This document shows, in pieces, positions 53,131 to 63,940 of a stretch of 64,000 nucleotides of DNA. The number at the start of each line of letters is the position of its first letter. The first letter of the stretch is position 1. The notes under the pieces were generated by a model. It was not told where the DNA came from. It saw only the letters and a program-made list of their open reading frames with translations, and did no database searches. The DNA comes from Trichormus sp. ATA11-4-KO1 (GTDB lineage: Bacteria; Cyanobacteriota; Cyanobacteriia; Cyanobacteriales; Nostocaceae), in the NCBI GenBank assembly GCA_019358915.1, contig JAHHIM010000007.1, positions 32,001 through 96,000 on the forward strand, written 5' to 3'. The translations under genes and the position numbers were made by a program.

Positions 53131-53817
53131 ATGGTAGTAAATTTTGCTCGGACATCTGCTTCCGCCGAACTGTTAAGGCAAATATTTCAGAGCATTAATG
53201 CACAAAGCTGTCCCAAGTTATTCAATTTTCATATGCACACTGTCCACTCAGATGGAAAGTTGCAACCAAGTACATTGATGGAACAGGCGATCGCTATCGG
53301 TTTGCAAGGATTAGCCATAACCGACCACCATAATATTGGTGGGTATGAAGCAGCACAAATTTGGTTAGAAGATTGGCAATGGAAAAATCCTGGTGCAAAC
53401 ACTCCTCGTCTCTGGAGTGGGGTGGAAATTAATGCCAATCTTTTGGATATTGAAGTTCACATTTTAGCTTACGCTTTTGAGCCAGGAAACCTGAGTATAA
53501 AACCTTATTTACAAAGAAAAGCTACCACAGGCCAAGAATATCAAGCTACTAATGTAATTGCTGCTATACATGATGCTGGGGGTTTGGCAGTTTTAGCTCA
53601 TCCAGCTCGTTACAGGCGATCGCATTTCGACTTAATTCCTGCTGCTGCTGAACAGGGAATTGATGGTGTTGAATCTTTCTACGCTTACAACAACCCTAAA
53701 CCCTGGAGACCAAGTGCTTTGGAATCACAACAGATGCAACAGCTAGCTAGTAAATATCATCTTTTAAATACCTGTGGTACTGATACCCACGGTTTAAGCC
53801 TGCTACAACGTTTGTAA
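53131..53817 (+). CDS. PHP-domain protein
   Basis: FHMHTVHSDG, AITDH, GVEI, LAHP, GTDTH. Confidence 0.92.
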   Translation: MVVNFARTSASAELLRQIFQSINAQSCPKLFNFHMHTVHSDGKLQPSTLMEQAIAIGLQGLAITDHHNIGGYEAAQIWLEDWQWKNPGANTPRLWSGVEINANLLDIEVHILAYAFEPGNLSIKPYLQRKATTGQEYQATNVIAAIHDAGGLAVLAHPARYRRSHFDLIPAAAEQGIDGVESFYAYNNPKPWRPSALESQQMQQLASKYHLLNTCGTDTHGLSLLQRL

Positions 53818-54025
53818 ACAAGAGTCGATTAATAACACTCCTGGTTTTAGTAGCCAGGGGGTTTATCAGGTAGGACGAGAGGTGCAAATGGCAAAAAAAA
53901 AGATGTGTTTTTTAATGTTTAACTAGATGCTATAACTAATAGTCTGGCATAACAGCTACTGAAGAACCATAATCATTAGAAGTTTAAGTATGAAAAACCG
54001 TTGTTTTTTGTGTGTTCTCAGTTGT

Positions 54026-54601
54026 TTACAATAATCTTGCTAAAGGCAGAGTAAACCCAGGCACGACATTTTCACCACTCAAAATTGCCGTAGCTGGATA
54101 CTGAGTAATCGAACCATCTTGTCGATAAACTAAAGCTTGCTGATTTTGGCGGTCAATTAACCATCCCAACTGCACACCATTAGCAATATATTCTGACATC
54201 TTGGCTTTGAGTTTCGCCAAACTGTCGTTTTTAGAACGAATTTCTATCACAAAATCAGGCGCTAAATTGATAAAAGCGTCCTCTTGCTGATCCCAATTTT
54301 CTGGTAACCGTCCTTTAGCTACAAAAGCAGCATCAGGTGCTCTGACAGCCGTATTTGCTAATTTAAAACCCGTACTTGGCCCAAAAACTTCACCTAAATC
54401 TTGACTTTCCACCCAAGCCAACAAATAAGCTCCTGCTTTTATTTCTCGATTTCCAGAAATTCCCCCAGTTGGTGGCATAGTTTCTAAAGTTCCATCAGCA
54501 TTACGTTCAAACCGCAGTTCTGGGTTTTGCGAACTCATCAACATCAATTCTTCATCAGTGACAGTATAAAAAGGCTGCACAGTTACTTGTTCACTATTCA
54601 T
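54026..54601 (-). CDS. Uma2 (DUF820) family endonuclease-like protein
   Basis: RAPDAAFV, APDFVIEIRS, KMSEYIANGVQLGWLID. Confidence 0.95.
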   Translation of the reverse strand: MNSEQVTVQPFYTVTDEELMLMSSQNPELRFERNADGTLETMPPTGGISGNREIKAGAYLLAWVESQDLGEVFGPSTGFKLANTAVRAPDAAFVAKGRLPENWDQQEDAFINLAPDFVIEIRSKNDSLAKLKAKMSEYIANGVQLGWLIDRQNQQALVYRQDGSITQYPATAILSGENVVPGFTLPLARLL

Positions 54602-54768
54602 GATGATGCCATAGCCAGCTTGATAGACATCTTCATTTTACTGTGTATACACGCTATCAACCTTGTTTCTTCCTTCGCGTCCTTTGCGCCTAAAGCCCTT
54701 ACGGGCATACTCTACGAGAAGATAGTTCGTTTTAAAATTGACCTCAAAACTAAGCGCATAAAAAAATA

Positions 54769-55341
54769 ATGCTCACAGAACGCTTTACCGCAGCCCTCAC
54801 CTACGCCACCCAACTCCACGCCAAACAAGTGCGTAAAGGCTCAGGCGTCCCCTATATTGCTCATTTATTAGGTGCTGCCAGTATTGCTTTAGAATATGGA
54901 GCCAATGAAGACGAAGCGATCGCAGCTCTTTTACATGATGCCATCGAAGACCAAGGTGGTGCTGCTACACGAGCAGAAATTCGCCGCCGCTTTGGTGACC
55001 ATGTCACAGCCATTGTCGATGGTTGTACAGATGCCGATACCACACCCAAACCCCCTTGGCGACAGCGCAAAGAAGCTTATATTGCCCACCTTGCCACTGC
55101 TTCCCCCTCAGTATTACTGGTATCAGCAGCCGATAAACTTTATAATGCCCAGTCAATTCTCAAAGATTATCGCCTATTAGGTGAATCACTTTGGCAACGC
55201 TTTCAAGCAGGTAGAGAAGGAACTCTTTGGTATTATCGAGCGATCGCGGATGCCTTTACCAAGACTGGAACTACTCCACTAGTTCAAGAATTAGAACGAG
55301 TAGTGACAGCAATCGAAATCTTGGCATCTAATAAAAAATGA
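54769..55341 (+). CDS. HD-domain protein (Mesh1/SpoT-hydrolase-like, HD_4)
   Basis: HAKQVRKGSGVPYIAH, ALLHDAIEDQ, ADKLYN. Confidence 0.88.
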   Translation: MLTERFTAALTYATQLHAKQVRKGSGVPYIAHLLGAASIALEYGANEDEAIAALLHDAIEDQGGAATRAEIRRRFGDHVTAIVDGCTDADTTPKPPWRQRKEAYIAHLATASPSVLLVSAADKLYNAQSILKDYRLLGESLWQRFQAGREGTLWYYRAIADAFTKTGTTPLVQELERVVTAIEILASNKK

Positions 55342-55388
55342 AGGCTGAAGGCTGAAAAAAATTCATACTTCATACTTCATACTTCATA
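55339..55388. repeat. STRR heptamer arrays (tgaaggc / ttcatac)
   Basis: tgaaggctgaaggctgaa...ttcatacttcatacttcatacttcat between convergent genes. Confidence 0.8.
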
Positions 55389-55431
55389 TTTTTGATGCCA
55401 AATTGTCACGAAAAAAACAGTATTTTCTGGG

Positions 55432-56448
55432 CTAGCGGAACATACTACTGACTGAAGTATCTTCGTGAATTCGCCAGATGGTTTCCCCTAACAGATTAGC
55501 TACTGAAAGCACCACTAATTGTGGAAAGCGATCGCTTTCTGGTATGGGAATTGTATTTGTGACAATGACTTCCTCAAATAAGCCACTTGACAAACGCTCC
55601 TGCGCTGGAGGAGAAAAAACGGCATGAGTTGCACAGGCGTATACCTGACTTGCACCTTCCTCACGCAGCAATCTTGCTCCTTCGGTAATTGTGCCACCAG
55701 TGTCGATCATGTCATCTACTAAAATTGCCGTTTTGCCCTTGACATCACCGATAACGTTCAATACTTCGGCGACATTGTGAGCCTGACGACGTTTATCAAT
55801 AATGGCAAGCGGTGCATCATCCAGCTTTTTCGCAAATGCTCTAGCTCGTGCGACACCGCCGACATCGGGAGAAACAACTACAATGTCAGATAGTTGTTTA
55901 CTCGCCAAATAATCGAGAATTACTGGCGAACCGTAAACATGGTCAAAAGGTATATCGAAATAGCCTTGAATTTGAGCCGAGTGCAAATCCATAGCTAGAA
56001 CACGGCTAGCCCCTGCTTTTGTAATCAGGTTGGCCACCAATTTAGCGGTGATTGACTCTCGTCCTGCCGTTTTGCGATCGGCACGAGCATAGCCATAATA
56101 GGGAATTACTGCTGTTATCTGTCGCGCCGAAGCTCGACGACAGGCGTCAACCATAATCAGCAATTCCATCAAATGATCATTAACTGGTTGGCAAGTTGGT
56201 TGAATTAAATAAACATCACAACCCCGAATTGACTCTTGGATTTGAACGTATAGTTCTCCATCCGCGAATCTTTTACGAATCATTGGCCCCAAGTCCATGC
56301 CCAGATAACGAGCGACTTCTTGAGACAGTTGTACATTGGCAGAGCCAGAAAATAGCCGCAGGCGATGATTTTCAGTCAGTCCTGTTGCAGCTGGTTGCAC
56401 TTTTAAAGTTGCAGAACTGAGCACAGCAGATCCTCGATGTGCATTCAT
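55432..56448 (-). CDS. prs: Ribose-phosphate pyrophosphokinase
   Basis: FADGE, PYYGYARADR, DLHSAQIQG, VDDMIDTGGT. Confidence 0.98.
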   Translation of the reverse strand: MNAHRGSAVLSSATLKVQPAATGLTENHRLRLFSGSANVQLSQEVARYLGMDLGPMIRKRFADGELYVQIQESIRGCDVYLIQPTCQPVNDHLMELLIMVDACRRASARQITAVIPYYGYARADRKTAGRESITAKLVANLITKAGASRVLAMDLHSAQIQGYFDIPFDHVYGSPVILDYLASKQLSDIVVVSPDVGGVARARAFAKKLDDAPLAIIDKRRQAHNVAEVLNVIGDVKGKTAILVDDMIDTGGTITEGARLLREEGASQVYACATHAVFSPPAQERLSSGLFEEVIVTNTIPIPESDRFPQLVVLSVANLLGETIWRIHEDTSVSSMFR

Positions 56449-57229
56449 GGCAATACTATCATTAGATAATTAGCAGATTTAACTGAAGTAGCGTAAAAAA
56501 ACATCTGTGAGCTTTCTTAAAGCTTTCATAAAAACTTTAAACATTTCTCAATATAATTATTTTTGGTTCATGTTTTAGTCCTTGTGGTAAACAAACCATT
56601 AAATTGATAGCTGAACTGAGATCAAGTCTGTAAACTAGCCGAATAATTGAGTGAATCTAAGCAATCCAAAGCTCTAAGAGTTTGGGTTGATGGAGTATAG
56701 CTGCTATCTGTTTCATTCATCACTGAGAGTCAAGCCTTCACGGCTCAAGTAGTATTGAACAGGGAATCAGAAAGTAGAAACACTCACGAATAAATTCATC
56801 AGGGGCCGTTGAATGTTGGTTGGATACTCTATGATACTAGCTGCAAAATTATAAACTAGCAGACTAGATTTTTAATAGTAAATCACACAAAAAATTCCCA
56901 TCAGCAGCGAATTTAACTGGCGTGAGTTGCGATCGCTGAGGATGGTTGGTAGTTATACATAGTGGCGTTTAGGTGGCTGCTTTGACTGCTATTTACGCAA
57001 GGAACCACAAAAAAAGCTGAAATTAATCATTTGCAGGCAGTTAGTCGCCTTCGCGATGACTTCCTGCCATTTTTCGCACATACTTACTGATAGCAGAGTG
57101 TGAAAATAGAGTTACATAAGTCTTTGAAGACTTACTTAGCACGTACGAACACGGAAATTCTGACCTTCTGTGCTTAAACTTATCTTTGTAAGTTGCTTCT
57201 TTACCAGTTGCTATTACATTTAATTAATC

Positions 57230-58912
57230 ATGCAAGCACCTATTACAGTTGGTTCTATCCTGCAAAACCGTTACCGTATAATTCAAATTCTCGGACAAGG
57301 GGGATTTGGTAGAACTTATTTGGCAGAAGATCAGCGACGCTTTAACGAACTTTGCGCGATCAAGGAATTGATTCCAGTAACGGGATCTGATGCTTGGGAG
57401 AAAGCACAAGAGCTTTTCCAAAGAGAAGCGGCAATTCTGTATCAAATCGAACATAAACAAGTTCCTAAATTCCGAGAAAGATTTGAACAAGAACACCGCT
57501 TATTTTTGGTGGAAGACTACGTTGCAGGTAAAACCTACCGAACTCTGCTGGCTGAGCGCTTAGCTGTTGGTCAAACCTTCACTGAAATAGAAGTATTGCA
57601 GTTAATACGCTTCTTGCTACCAGTGTTAGAGCATATTCATAGTCGAGGAATTATTCATCGAGATATCTCACCGGAAAATATTATTTTGCGAGACAGTGAT
57701 ACCAAACCAGTGTTAATTGATTTTGGTGTAGTCAAGGAACTAGCAACGCGATTACAGTTCCCAGACAGCACAACGCCAGTTACCACCGTAGGTAAATTAG
57801 GCTACGCTCCCAGCGAACAAATGCAAACAGGTAGAGCTTATCCTAATAGTGATTTGTATGCACTAGCAGTCACAGGGATAGTGTTGTTGACTGGTAAAGA
57901 ACCAATTGAGCTATTTGATGAAACCCAACTAACTTGGAATTGGCAACGCTGGGTCAGGGTAAATCCCATATTTGCCCAGGTTTTGAATCAAATGTTAAAT
58001 CATCTACCAGGCGATCGCTACCACAGTGCTGCTGATGTAGCTCAAGCATTGCAGGCTGTAGACGGGCCAAGTATTCCTACTCCAGAAGTTTCTCACATCC
58101 AAACAATTGCTGTGGGTCGTCGCCCAGATTTAGTCCAACCACCAGTTTCACCCTACAAACTAGAGCCAGTTATTCCACCCAGCCGTTCTAGCTCAATCTT
58201 AGATAATCCGTTGGCTCTTGGGGCTATTGGTAGTGCGGTAGTCATTTTAGCAGGAGTCGGTTCTTGGGCGTTGGTCAGTTCTATCCGCAGTCAATCAAAT
58301 GAACTACCAGATGCAACATCACCACAAACTTTCCCTTCACCTGTTGTGACTGGTGGGGAGACTTTCACTCCTACACCTACACCTACACCCACACCTACCA
58401 GTGTTGAACCTGTAATATCTAGTAAGCGCCTCATTTTTGACGCATCTAACACCGCCATTGTTGAAGATACTATCAAAGAAAATCAAATTATCCAGTACAC
58501 ATTCTTTGGCGAAGCAGGAGCCAAGTTAACGGCATTAATTGACCAAGCAAATGGAATTTCGCTAACAATTCTAGATGCCAATCAACAACCAATTGACACT
58601 AATGCTCAGCAAGTAACAACCTATGAAGGAATATTGCCGATTAGTGGTAGATATATTATTCAGTTAACGCCAGATCCAGAAATTGCCGAAAGCGATTATA
58701 TTCTCAATGTTGCATTAGAAAACCCAGTTATACCGACACCGACACTAACCCCAACACCAATTCCCATTCCCACCCCAACAGTCACCGAAACGCCAATTCC
58801 CACACAGACACCCATACCAATCCCCGTACCTACACCAACCTTTGACGAAGAAAATAACACCCCTACTGATAACACACCAGAATTATTTCCTGATCCCACC
58901 AGTTCACCCTAA
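57230..58912 (+). CDS. Membrane Ser/Thr protein kinase with PT-rich extracytoplasmic region
   Basis: LGQGGFG, AIKE, HRDISPEN, DFG, GYAPSEQ; TM segment; PTPTPT linkers. Confidence 0.95.
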   Translation: MQAPITVGSILQNRYRIIQILGQGGFGRTYLAEDQRRFNELCAIKELIPVTGSDAWEKAQELFQREAAILYQIEHKQVPKFRERFEQEHRLFLVEDYVAGKTYRTLLAERLAVGQTFTEIEVLQLIRFLLPVLEHIHSRGIIHRDISPENIILRDSDTKPVLIDFGVVKELATRLQFPDSTTPVTTVGKLGYAPSEQMQTGRAYPNSDLYALAVTGIVLLTGKEPIELFDETQLTWNWQRWVRVNPIFAQVLNQMLNHLPGDRYHSAADVAQALQAVDGPSIPTPEVSHIQTIAVGRRPDLVQPPVSPYKLEPVIPPSRSSSILDNPLALGAIGSAVVILAGVGSWALVSSIRSQSNELPDATSPQTFPSPVVTGGETFTPTPTPTPTPTSVEPVISSKRLIFDASNTAIVEDTIKENQIIQYTFFGEAGAKLTALIDQANGISLTILDANQQPIDTNAQQVTTYEGILPISGRYIIQLTPDPEIAESDYILNVALENPVIPTPTLTPTPIPIPTPTVTETPIPTQTPIPIPVPTPTFDEENNTPTDNTPELFPDPTSSP

Positions 58913-58916
58913 ATTC

Positions 58917-59045
58917 AGTAGCTGTAATTGCCAATCAATAAAAATTATTGTGGGGTGCGCGTCCTCGCCCGCCCAGAAAAGGCATCTTGCCTGTTCCACA
59001 AGAAAATTCTCATGCCACATTTTAGCTTTGCCACGCCATGACTAC
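58917..59045. mobile_element. Diverged second copy of the 3943-4079 MITE-like element
   Basis: attattgtggggtg.gcgtcctcgcc.gcccaga...gcctgttccacaagaaaat matches the reverse complement of copy 1; right end ttag.ttgccacgcca. Confidence 0.65.
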
Positions 59046-59194
59046 GGAGCAAAATTTGGGGCTAATTAAACATAAGGTAAAATATGAATTTAAATGAACT
59101 TTAAGACAAAAACCCTGGCAATCAAGACTTGATGCTTGAATATTATTTTTATTTACATCTAGTTACTTGACAAAACTACTCTTCTAATCACAAA

Positions 59195-59872
59195 TTGCTG
59201 AATACACTACTGATTACTGGAACTGACACAGAGGCTGGTAAAACTGTTTTAACAACAGCCTTGGCAGCCTATTGTCAAAAATATTACCCGCAGCGTAGCT
59301 GGGGAATTATCAAACCGATTCAATCGGGGATTGGCGATCGCGAATTATATCAAAAGTTATTTTCTTTACAGCAATCTGCGGAAGAAATTACACCTTTGTA
59401 TTTTCAAGCACCTCTAGCCCCTCCCATCGCCGCCGCTAGAGAAAATCGCTACGTAGATTTAGCAGTGGTGTGGCAAACTTTATCTAAACTGCGATCGCAG
59501 CGTGATATCGTTTTGGTAGAAGCTTTGGGAGGTTTAGGTTCCCCAGTCACAGAGGAATTAACAGTAGCCGATTTAGCCGGAGACTGGCATTTACCCACGG
59601 TCTTAGTAGTGCCAGTAAGATTAGGTGCGATCGCTCAAGCTGTGGCTAATGTAGCATTAGCTAGGCAAGCAAAAGTACATCTCAAAGGTATAGTTCTCAA
59701 CTGCGTACAACCCCTTACAGATGCCGAAATAGCCGACTGGACACCATCAAACTTGATACAATCACTGACCAATACACCAGTTTTAGGTTGCTTACCTTAT
59801 CTAGATAATCTAGAAGATTTAGATAAACTTGCTCAAATAGCTTCAAATCTTGATTGGGAAACATTAAGCTGA
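59195..59872 (+). CDS. bioD: Dethiobiotin synthase
   Basis: ITGTDTEAGKT, KPIQSG, VEALGG. Confidence 0.95.
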   Translation: MLNTLLITGTDTEAGKTVLTTALAAYCQKYYPQRSWGIIKPIQSGIGDRELYQKLFSLQQSAEEITPLYFQAPLAPPIAAARENRYVDLAVVWQTLSKLRSQRDIVLVEALGGLGSPVTEELTVADLAGDWHLPTVLVVPVRLGAIAQAVANVALARQAKVHLKGIVLNCVQPLTDAEIADWTPSNLIQSLTNTPVLGCLPYLDNLEDLDKLAQIASNLDWETLS

Positions 59873-59972
59873 TTTCTCAATGCCCATGAAATATAAAAGC
59901 TGAACACTTTCAGAAAGATTACACTGGGAAAATACCCCAGTTAATTGTACTGAAAACTAGCTCGTCTTTATA

Positions 59973-61190
59973 ATGGTTTCCACTTTTCCCAACCCTTCTT
60001 CTGTCGATCTATCTCGCGTTCGACTCTCCATCCGCTCATTGCAACCGCAATTGATAGAGTGGCGACGGCGATTGCATCAACAACCAGAATTGGGGTTTAA
60101 AGAAAAACTCACAGCTGAGTTTGTCTCACACAAGTTGCAAGAATGGGGAATTGAACATCAAACTGGTATAGCCCAAACCGGCATTGTGGCCGCCATCAAG
60201 GGAAACAAACCCGGTGCTGAAAATGTATTGGCGATTCGAGCAGATATGGATGCTTTGCCAATACAAGAACTCAATGAGGTTCCCTATAAATCGCAACACG
60301 ATGGAATAATGCACGCTTGTGGACATGACGGACATACTGCGATCGCTCTAGGTACAGCTTACTATCTTCACCAGCATCGCCACGACTTTGGCGGCACAGT
60401 AAAAATAATTTTCCAGCCAGCAGAAGAAGGGCCAGGAGGCGCAAAACCAATGATTGAAGCCGGGGTACTGAAAAACCCTGATGTGGATGCAATTATTGGT
60501 TTACACCTGTGGAATAATTTACCCTTGGGTACATTAGGCGTGCGTGCGGGGGCGTTAATGGCATCTGTCGAGTGCTTTAAATGCACCATTTTAGGTAAAG
60601 GTGGACACGGTGCTATGCCCCATCAAACTGTTGATTCTATTGTGGTTGCTGCCCAAGTTGTGAATGCCCTACAAACCATTGTGGCGCGTAATGTCAACCC
60701 CCTGGATTCAGCAGTAGTGACAGTTGGCAAACTTCATGCAGGCACAAAGCTAAATATAATTGCTGATACAGCTAAAATGAGTGGTACTATTAGGTATTTC
60801 AACCCTGATTTTCAAAAATTTTTCAACCAGCGAGTCGAACAAATCATTGCCGGAGTTTGCCAAAGTCATGGTGCAAACTATGATTTGGACTACTGGAGTC
60901 TTTACCCACCAGTAATTAATGATATTGGTATAGCAGAACTAGTGAAGTCAGTTGCAGAAGAAGTGATAGAAACCCCTATAGGTGTCGTGCCAGAATGCCA
61001 AACTATGGGTGGTGAGGATATGTCATTTTTCTTACAAGAAGTTCCTGGTTGTTATTTCTTTCTCGGATCTGCCAACCCTGCCAAAGATTTAGCCTATCCC
61101 CATCATCATCCCCGATTTGATTTTGATGAAACGGCCTTGGCAATGGGTGTAGAAATATTTGTTCGTTGCGTGGAGAAGTTTTTGAATTGA
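59973..61190 (+). CDS. M20D-family amidohydrolase (N-acyl-L-amino acid amidohydrolase)
   Basis: RADMDALP, MHACGHDGH, FQPAEEG, GGEDM, HHHPRF. Confidence 0.95.
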   Translation: MVSTFPNPSSVDLSRVRLSIRSLQPQLIEWRRRLHQQPELGFKEKLTAEFVSHKLQEWGIEHQTGIAQTGIVAAIKGNKPGAENVLAIRADMDALPIQELNEVPYKSQHDGIMHACGHDGHTAIALGTAYYLHQHRHDFGGTVKIIFQPAEEGPGGAKPMIEAGVLKNPDVDAIIGLHLWNNLPLGTLGVRAGALMASVECFKCTILGKGGHGAMPHQTVDSIVVAAQVVNALQTIVARNVNPLDSAVVTVGKLHAGTKLNIIADTAKMSGTIRYFNPDFQKFFNQRVEQIIAGVCQSHGANYDLDYWSLYPPVINDIGIAELVKSVAEEVIETPIGVVPECQTMGGEDMSFFLQEVPGCYFFLGSANPAKDLAYPHHHPRFDFDETALAMGVEIFVRCVEKFLN

Positions 61191-63346
61191 CCTTCTCTAA
61201 ACTCGCACCATTCATCCAAGAATATATTTATCATCACAACTGGACTGAATTAAGACCAGCGCAATTAGCAGCTTGTCAAGTAATATTTGACACTGATGCT
61301 CACTTGCTTGTGGCTGCGACGACTGCTGCTGGAAAAACAGAAGCAGCATTTTTACCAGTTTTGACTTTATTACATGAAAAACCCGCTAATACTATTGGTG
61401 CATTATATATTAGCCCCATCAAAGCCTTAATTAATGACCAATTTGAGCGTCTCAATGACTTATTGAAATCGGCAGATATCCCTGTATATCACTGGCACGG
61501 TGATGTAGCGCAAAGTCGGAAAAACAAACTGTTAAAAAATCCCCAAGGCATTCTCCAAATTACGCCAGAATCTTTAGAAAGCTTGTTAATTAACAAGCAT
61601 AATGATTTGAGGCGCTTATTCGGTGATTTACGATTTGTCATCATCGATGAAATTCACGCCTTTATGGGTTCTGAACGCGGTTGCCAGATTATTTGTCAAT
61701 TGCAGCGTTTAGCTAACTTGATACAAACCCAACCCCGCCGCATTGGTTTATCAGCAACCTTGGGTGATTATTCCATGGCTGAAGAGTGGTTGCGTTCTGG
61801 AACTGACAAGCCAGTGATTACTCCCAATATCACAGCCGGAAAACGGCAAATTAAGCTGGCGGTAGAACACTTTTACATTGACAATGAAGTTGACGAATTA
61901 GAGGCGACTTATGAGAAATATGTTTTTAACCTCAGCAAATCTCGTAAATGCCTAATTTTTGCCAATAATCGCACGCAAACTGAATCAGTAATTGCATCTT
62001 TGCGACGAATTGCCACAGAACAAGCACTTCCAGACATATATCACGTACATCATGGCAGTATATCTGCTAGCTTACGACAAGCTGCGGAAGATGCCATGCG
62101 TGAACCCAATAATCCCGCAGTTACAGCCGCCACATTAACTTTGGAATTAGGTATAGATATTGGTCATTTAGAGCGAGTGATTCAGTTAGAATCACCTCTT
62201 TCTGTAGCCAGTTTTTTACAACGTTTAGGACGCAGTGGTAGGAGAGGAGAAGCTGCTGATATGCGCTTTGTCTGTGCCGAAAATCAACCATTAGCTGAAG
62301 CACCGCTACCAGAACAAATTCCTTGGCAACTTTTACAGTGCATTGCCATTATTCAACTTTATCTAGAAGAAAGCTGGATTGAACCGATAAAACCTGTTCA
62401 ATATCCTTTGAGTTTGTTGTATCATCAAACTATGAGTATTTTAGCAGCCACGGGAGAAATTACACCGACTGCTTTAGCTAAACAGATTTTCAACCTACCA
62501 CCATTTGCGGCTATTTCTCCAGAAGAATTTAAATTATTATTACGCTATTTAATTAATATAGATCATATACAGCAAACTGAACAAGGTAAATTAATCATTG
62601 GCTTGGCAGGAGAAAAGATAGTCGGGAAATTTCAGTTTTATGCTGTTTTTGCTGATAATCAAGAATATATAGTAAAGCAAGGTTCAACAGACATTGGTAG
62701 TATTGCCATGCCACCGCCTGTGGGTAATCAATTCGCCTTAGCAGGAAGAACCTGGGAAGTTATAGAAGTTGACTTTAAGAAAAAGATAATTTTAGTCAAG
62801 CAAGTAGCAGGTAAAGCTACTATTTATTGGCGTGGTGGTAGCGGTTGTATTCATACAAGAGTTTTGCAAAAAATGCGGCAGGTATTAATAGAAGATGTAG
62901 AATATAGCTACTTGCAAAATAATGCCTATAAGCGGTTACAAAAAGTTCGCCAAATAGTACAAAAGGCTGGATTAGATAAACATAATATTTTGCAATTAGA
63001 AAAAGGTAAATGTTGTATCTTTCCTTGGATGGGTACAGTTGCCTACCGGACTTTAGAAAGATTGCTTAATTCTTTTTGTAGAGAATCATTAGAAATTAAT
63101 AGTATTGGCGGAGTAAATCCTTATTATTTGACAATTAAACTAGGTAAAGATAAATTCAAAGACCTACAAAAAGAACTTATTTCATTGTGTGAACAAAGAA
63201 TTACAGCAGAAGATTTAGTCAGTTCTGCAGAAGCCCCAGAACTGCAAAAGTATGATCAATTTATCCCACACTCTCTTTTAAGCAAAGCTTTTGCTAGAAA
63301 TTACTTAGATATTGTTGAACTTAAGCAGCAAATTTTACGTTGGTAA
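61187..63346 (+). CDS. Lhr-like DEAD/DEAH-box helicase (SngC-like)
   Basis: TAAGKTEAA, SPIKALINDQ, TPES, DEIH, SAT, HHGS, TLELGIDIG, QRLGRSGR; TTG start overlaps the upstream TGA. Confidence 0.9.
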   Translation: MTFSKLAPFIQEYIYHHNWTELRPAQLAACQVIFDTDAHLLVAATTAAGKTEAAFLPVLTLLHEKPANTIGALYISPIKALINDQFERLNDLLKSADIPVYHWHGDVAQSRKNKLLKNPQGILQITPESLESLLINKHNDLRRLFGDLRFVIIDEIHAFMGSERGCQIICQLQRLANLIQTQPRRIGLSATLGDYSMAEEWLRSGTDKPVITPNITAGKRQIKLAVEHFYIDNEVDELEATYEKYVFNLSKSRKCLIFANNRTQTESVIASLRRIATEQALPDIYHVHHGSISASLRQAAEDAMREPNNPAVTAATLTLELGIDIGHLERVIQLESPLSVASFLQRLGRSGRRGEAADMRFVCAENQPLAEAPLPEQIPWQLLQCIAIIQLYLEESWIEPIKPVQYPLSLLYHQTMSILAATGEITPTALAKQIFNLPPFAAISPEEFKLLLRYLINIDHIQQTEQGKLIIGLAGEKIVGKFQFYAVFADNQEYIVKQGSTDIGSIAMPPPVGNQFALAGRTWEVIEVDFKKKIILVKQVAGKATIYWRGGSGCIHTRVLQKMRQVLIEDVEYSYLQNNAYKRLQKVRQIVQKAGLDKHNILQLEKGKCCIFPWMGTVAYRTLERLLNSFCRESLEINSIGGVNPYYLTIKLGKDKFKDLQKELISLCEQRITAEDLVSSAEAPELQKYDQFIPHSLLSKAFARNYLDIVELKQQILRW

Positions 63347-63358
63347 GTAATTAAAATC

Positions 63359-63940
63359 ATGTCTATTGCTCCTTGGCGAAGCGCGATCGCCCGTGCCCTT
63401 CATCGTAACCGTAGCCTTGTTTACGCCCGTTACCTACAGCTAGCAACAGTCAAGGAAAACGGTCGTCCGGCCAATCGAACTGTAGTTTTTCGCGGCTTTT
63501 TAGAAGAGACCAACCAGCTAAAATTTATTACAGATAGTCGTAGTGAAAAAGTTTACCAAATACAACAGCAACCTTGGGCAGAGATTTGCTGGTACTTCCC
63601 CAACACACGAGAACAATTTCGTATCTCTGGCTGCTTAACTTTAGTAGAAGGAGATAATTCTCATCCTACCCTACAGCCAGACCGCATCACCACCTGGCAA
63701 GAACTCAGCGATGCAGCGCGTTTACAGTTTGCCTGGCCGCATCCTGGTAAACCCAGAGTAGATGAATCAGCAGCCTTCGAGCCACCACCACCAAATCCCA
63801 CACAGCCAGTGCCGAATTTTTGTTTATTGCTGCTCGATCCCGTACAGGTAGACCACTTAGAATTGCGTGGTGAACCACAAAACCGCAGAATTTACAGCCG
63901 GGATGAGCAGCAATGGTCTATTCAAGAAATTAATCCATGA
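63359..63940 (+). CDS. FMN-binding pyridoxamine 5'-phosphate oxidase-like protein (Npun_F5749 type)
   Basis: YLQLATV...PANRTVVFRGF, TDSRSEK, WYFPNTREQFRI, VDHLEL. Confidence 0.9.
   Translation: MSIAPWRSAIARALHRNRSLVYARYLQLATVKENGRPANRTVVFRGFLEETNQLKFITDSRSEKVYQIQQQPWAEICWYFPNTREQFRISGCLTLVEGDNSHPTLQPDRITTWQELSDAARLQFAWPHPGKPRVDESAAFEPPPPNPTQPVPNFCLLLLDPVQVDHLELRGEPQNRRIYSRDEQQWSIQEINP

Noticed and set aside
54026..55341. Uma2 plus HD protein as a toxin-antitoxin or defence pair
   Set aside because: Divergent orientation; Uma2 genes are highly multicopy in cyanobacteria, so adjacency is uninformative
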